The notes under the pieces are model-generated. The model saw nothing but the letters and a program-made list of their open reading frames with translations. It did not search any database and was not told the DNA's origin. The position numbers and the translations under genes are program-made. Shown here piece by piece: positions 62,081 through 64,000 of a DNA stretch of 64,000 nt. The stretch comes from Phoronis australis (Eukaryota; Animalia; Phoronida). The stretch is taken from positions 174,476-238,475 of the forward strand of contig NMRA01000634.1 of assembly GCA_002633005.1 (NCBI GenBank), in the 5' to 3' direction. Within the stretch, counting starts at the first letter, position 1. Each line of letters opens with the position of its first letter.

Positions 62081-63184
62081 CCTAGTATTTTCTATGCAGT
62101 CGATGTGCACATTCATGGACATCAATCAAACTCTGTTGGTTATTGTGCAATGTATTACGCAAATAAATTGCATTTCATTCCATTAGTCAATGGTACGATC
62201 ACTGAAACACATAATTTGACCACTCTCAAGTGTGGTATTTTGCTTGTCAGACAATACCAGAATAACGTACTTCCAGTAATATCCAGATTTAGCTCGTGTT
62301 TCTGACGCTAGGTGTCACTTTACATTTTCCTCCATCACTGACAAGCATATTTTAACCACTCTTGTGTGTACTGTGTTATTTTGCTGGTCAGAAAATGCTA
62401 GAATAACCTCCTTGTAATATTCAGATGTATTTCATATCTGTGACACTTGGTGTACATTTTTAAATTTCACTGTTTGCAACTCCTCTACAAAGTAGAACTT
62501 GTAATGTGAGTGTATTATTGTTAAATATAATGATATTGATGAGACCTGATTACCTGCTTTACAAAAAGGTAGGAACAGCGTTGTTTTACAAATACCAGTT
62601 CACTAAGGTCTTTGGTAACTATTATGTAACTTCAAATCCAAATTTCTCAAAAATGTGCAACTTCATATGCGGAAACTTTTTTGATTTTGAAAACACCTAA
62701 GTAAATGAATTTAAAAACACCGCAATAAAATCGCACCCCTAAAGTACTCACACAAGGTGTTTTCTAGAAGCCCTGCAAAATTTGGCCTCTCACCTAGATG
62801 TTCCATTGACAGTGACCAAATTCCAGCGGTGATTACATTCCTCACGCGTTCTTAAGTTTTCAACCCCTGGCTGAAATAGTTGCTGGTAATCCCAAAGATA
62901 ATCTTGACATTATGTAAGTAGCGTGTGACTGACTGTCATGTCAGTGTTCTATGTCCGGTAGTTATCACCACACCCCTGAAGTTATAACCTTAACCGATTT
63001 TTGCAGGTAGAAAACACACATCGTTTTCAGTTTGAAAACGGTAAACAAATTTGTGCATACTGCATAAAATGTGAGGAAAGGTTGTGAAACAAATAATATG
63101 GGAACCTCGTGCGGCCCTGCGAAAGAAATGTTTTTTTCTTGCAGACAGCAAAAACACACTCAAAAATAATTAAAATGGCCACTA

Positions 63185-63560
63185 GGTGGCTCAGAACCCA
63201 CGACGTGTTACCACCGAGTGGATGACCCAGTATGTCAGCTGCGTGAACAAAAGGGGAGGCGTTCGCTCAAATCCTGTCTAGGTGTATAAGATCTCGCGTC
63301 AACGAGTCCGGTTTAGATGGCGGCATGATCCAGTTTTAGAGTTCCTTGCAGATGTATTGGACAAAGGATGACAGAAGAGATATAAACAACCACGAGACAA
63401 GCAGCAGATACTGTTTGTGAGAACAGGGAAGCACCGAAAGGGACAGCAAGTCAGTCCTGCATCCTAGATGGCACAAACTGGGAGTTGGGAGTCGATCTCT
63501 GTACATGTGCGATTGATGTTCCCAGATCTGAAAAAGAAGGTACCATTGGAGACAAGGTAC
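63185..63560 (+). mobile_element. HERO/NeSL-like (restriction-like endonuclease group) non-LTR retrotransposon remnant
   Basis: Frameshifted pieces THDVLP, DDPVCQL, QILSRC, RFRWRHDPVLEFLADVL, ILFVRTG and LMFP occur in the order expected for the CCHC knuckle to RLE region. Confidence 0.55.
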
Positions 63561-64000
63561 TAAGAGGTACGATGACTACTTGGGCAGGGGAAAAACAACC
63601 GTCATCTAAAGATGACTGGCTACGTCAGCAAGCTTATTATTTTATTCTCAGGGAAAGGATCGAAGTAGACTCTTCTATGCTTTACTCTACTGTTACACAT
63701 TTTCCCCTGGACCAATGGAACAAAATCTACTCAGGGCACATCTTCAATAGGAGTGGACTCCATTTGGCAACAAAGGAGCTTGTCCGAGCACAAAAACATC
63801 TCCAATATTTTACAATCCGAATACAAGCGAACTCGGGAATCCCTGAAAACATGCACCTGCTTTATTTTTAGTGTTCCGTTTTCAATTTTAGTACTGCAGA
63901 AGGGAAACCGTCGTCCAATCAGTAGTAAGGAGGCACTGAACAGTTCTCACAGGGATTTGCCTATCAGAACACACGTCAATGGACTCTTCACCCTTTCTTC

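Noticed and set aside
63640-64000. Possible exons of a further gene at the window end
   Set aside because: Acceptor-like sites exist but there is no recognisable protein motif or donor pairing.

Overview
This is AT-rich, intron-containing animal DNA, most plausibly from a highly heterozygous invertebrate; the taxon cannot be fixed from the sequence. Two spliced genes can be rebuilt by hand. (1) On the + strand (exons 12851-27801, 5' end not found) is a mosaic extracellular-type protein: PAN/apple - resistin-like Cys module - two GCC/ephrin-receptor-like Cys exons - three PAN/apple domains, with every intron in phase 1. (2) On the - strand (52073-38585) is a complete 9-coding-exon, 370-aa PLP-dependent enzyme of the D-cysteine desulfhydrase/ACC deaminase family, with D-cysteine desulfhydrase-type residues. 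Most of the rest is transposon-derived: several copies of a non-autonomous Kolobok-like element (TTAA TSD), a Neptune-type Penelope element, two decayed CR1/L2-group LINEs with nested TIR elements, Harbinger-like and other MITEs, and small L1/Tx1 and HERO-like fragments. All five single-N positions (14874, 36997, 40440, 50876, 54117) sit between near-identical tandem copies. These are best read as uncollapsed alleles rather than real duplications, and they expose structural polymorphisms. All coordinates and translations were derived by eye; no database search was run.
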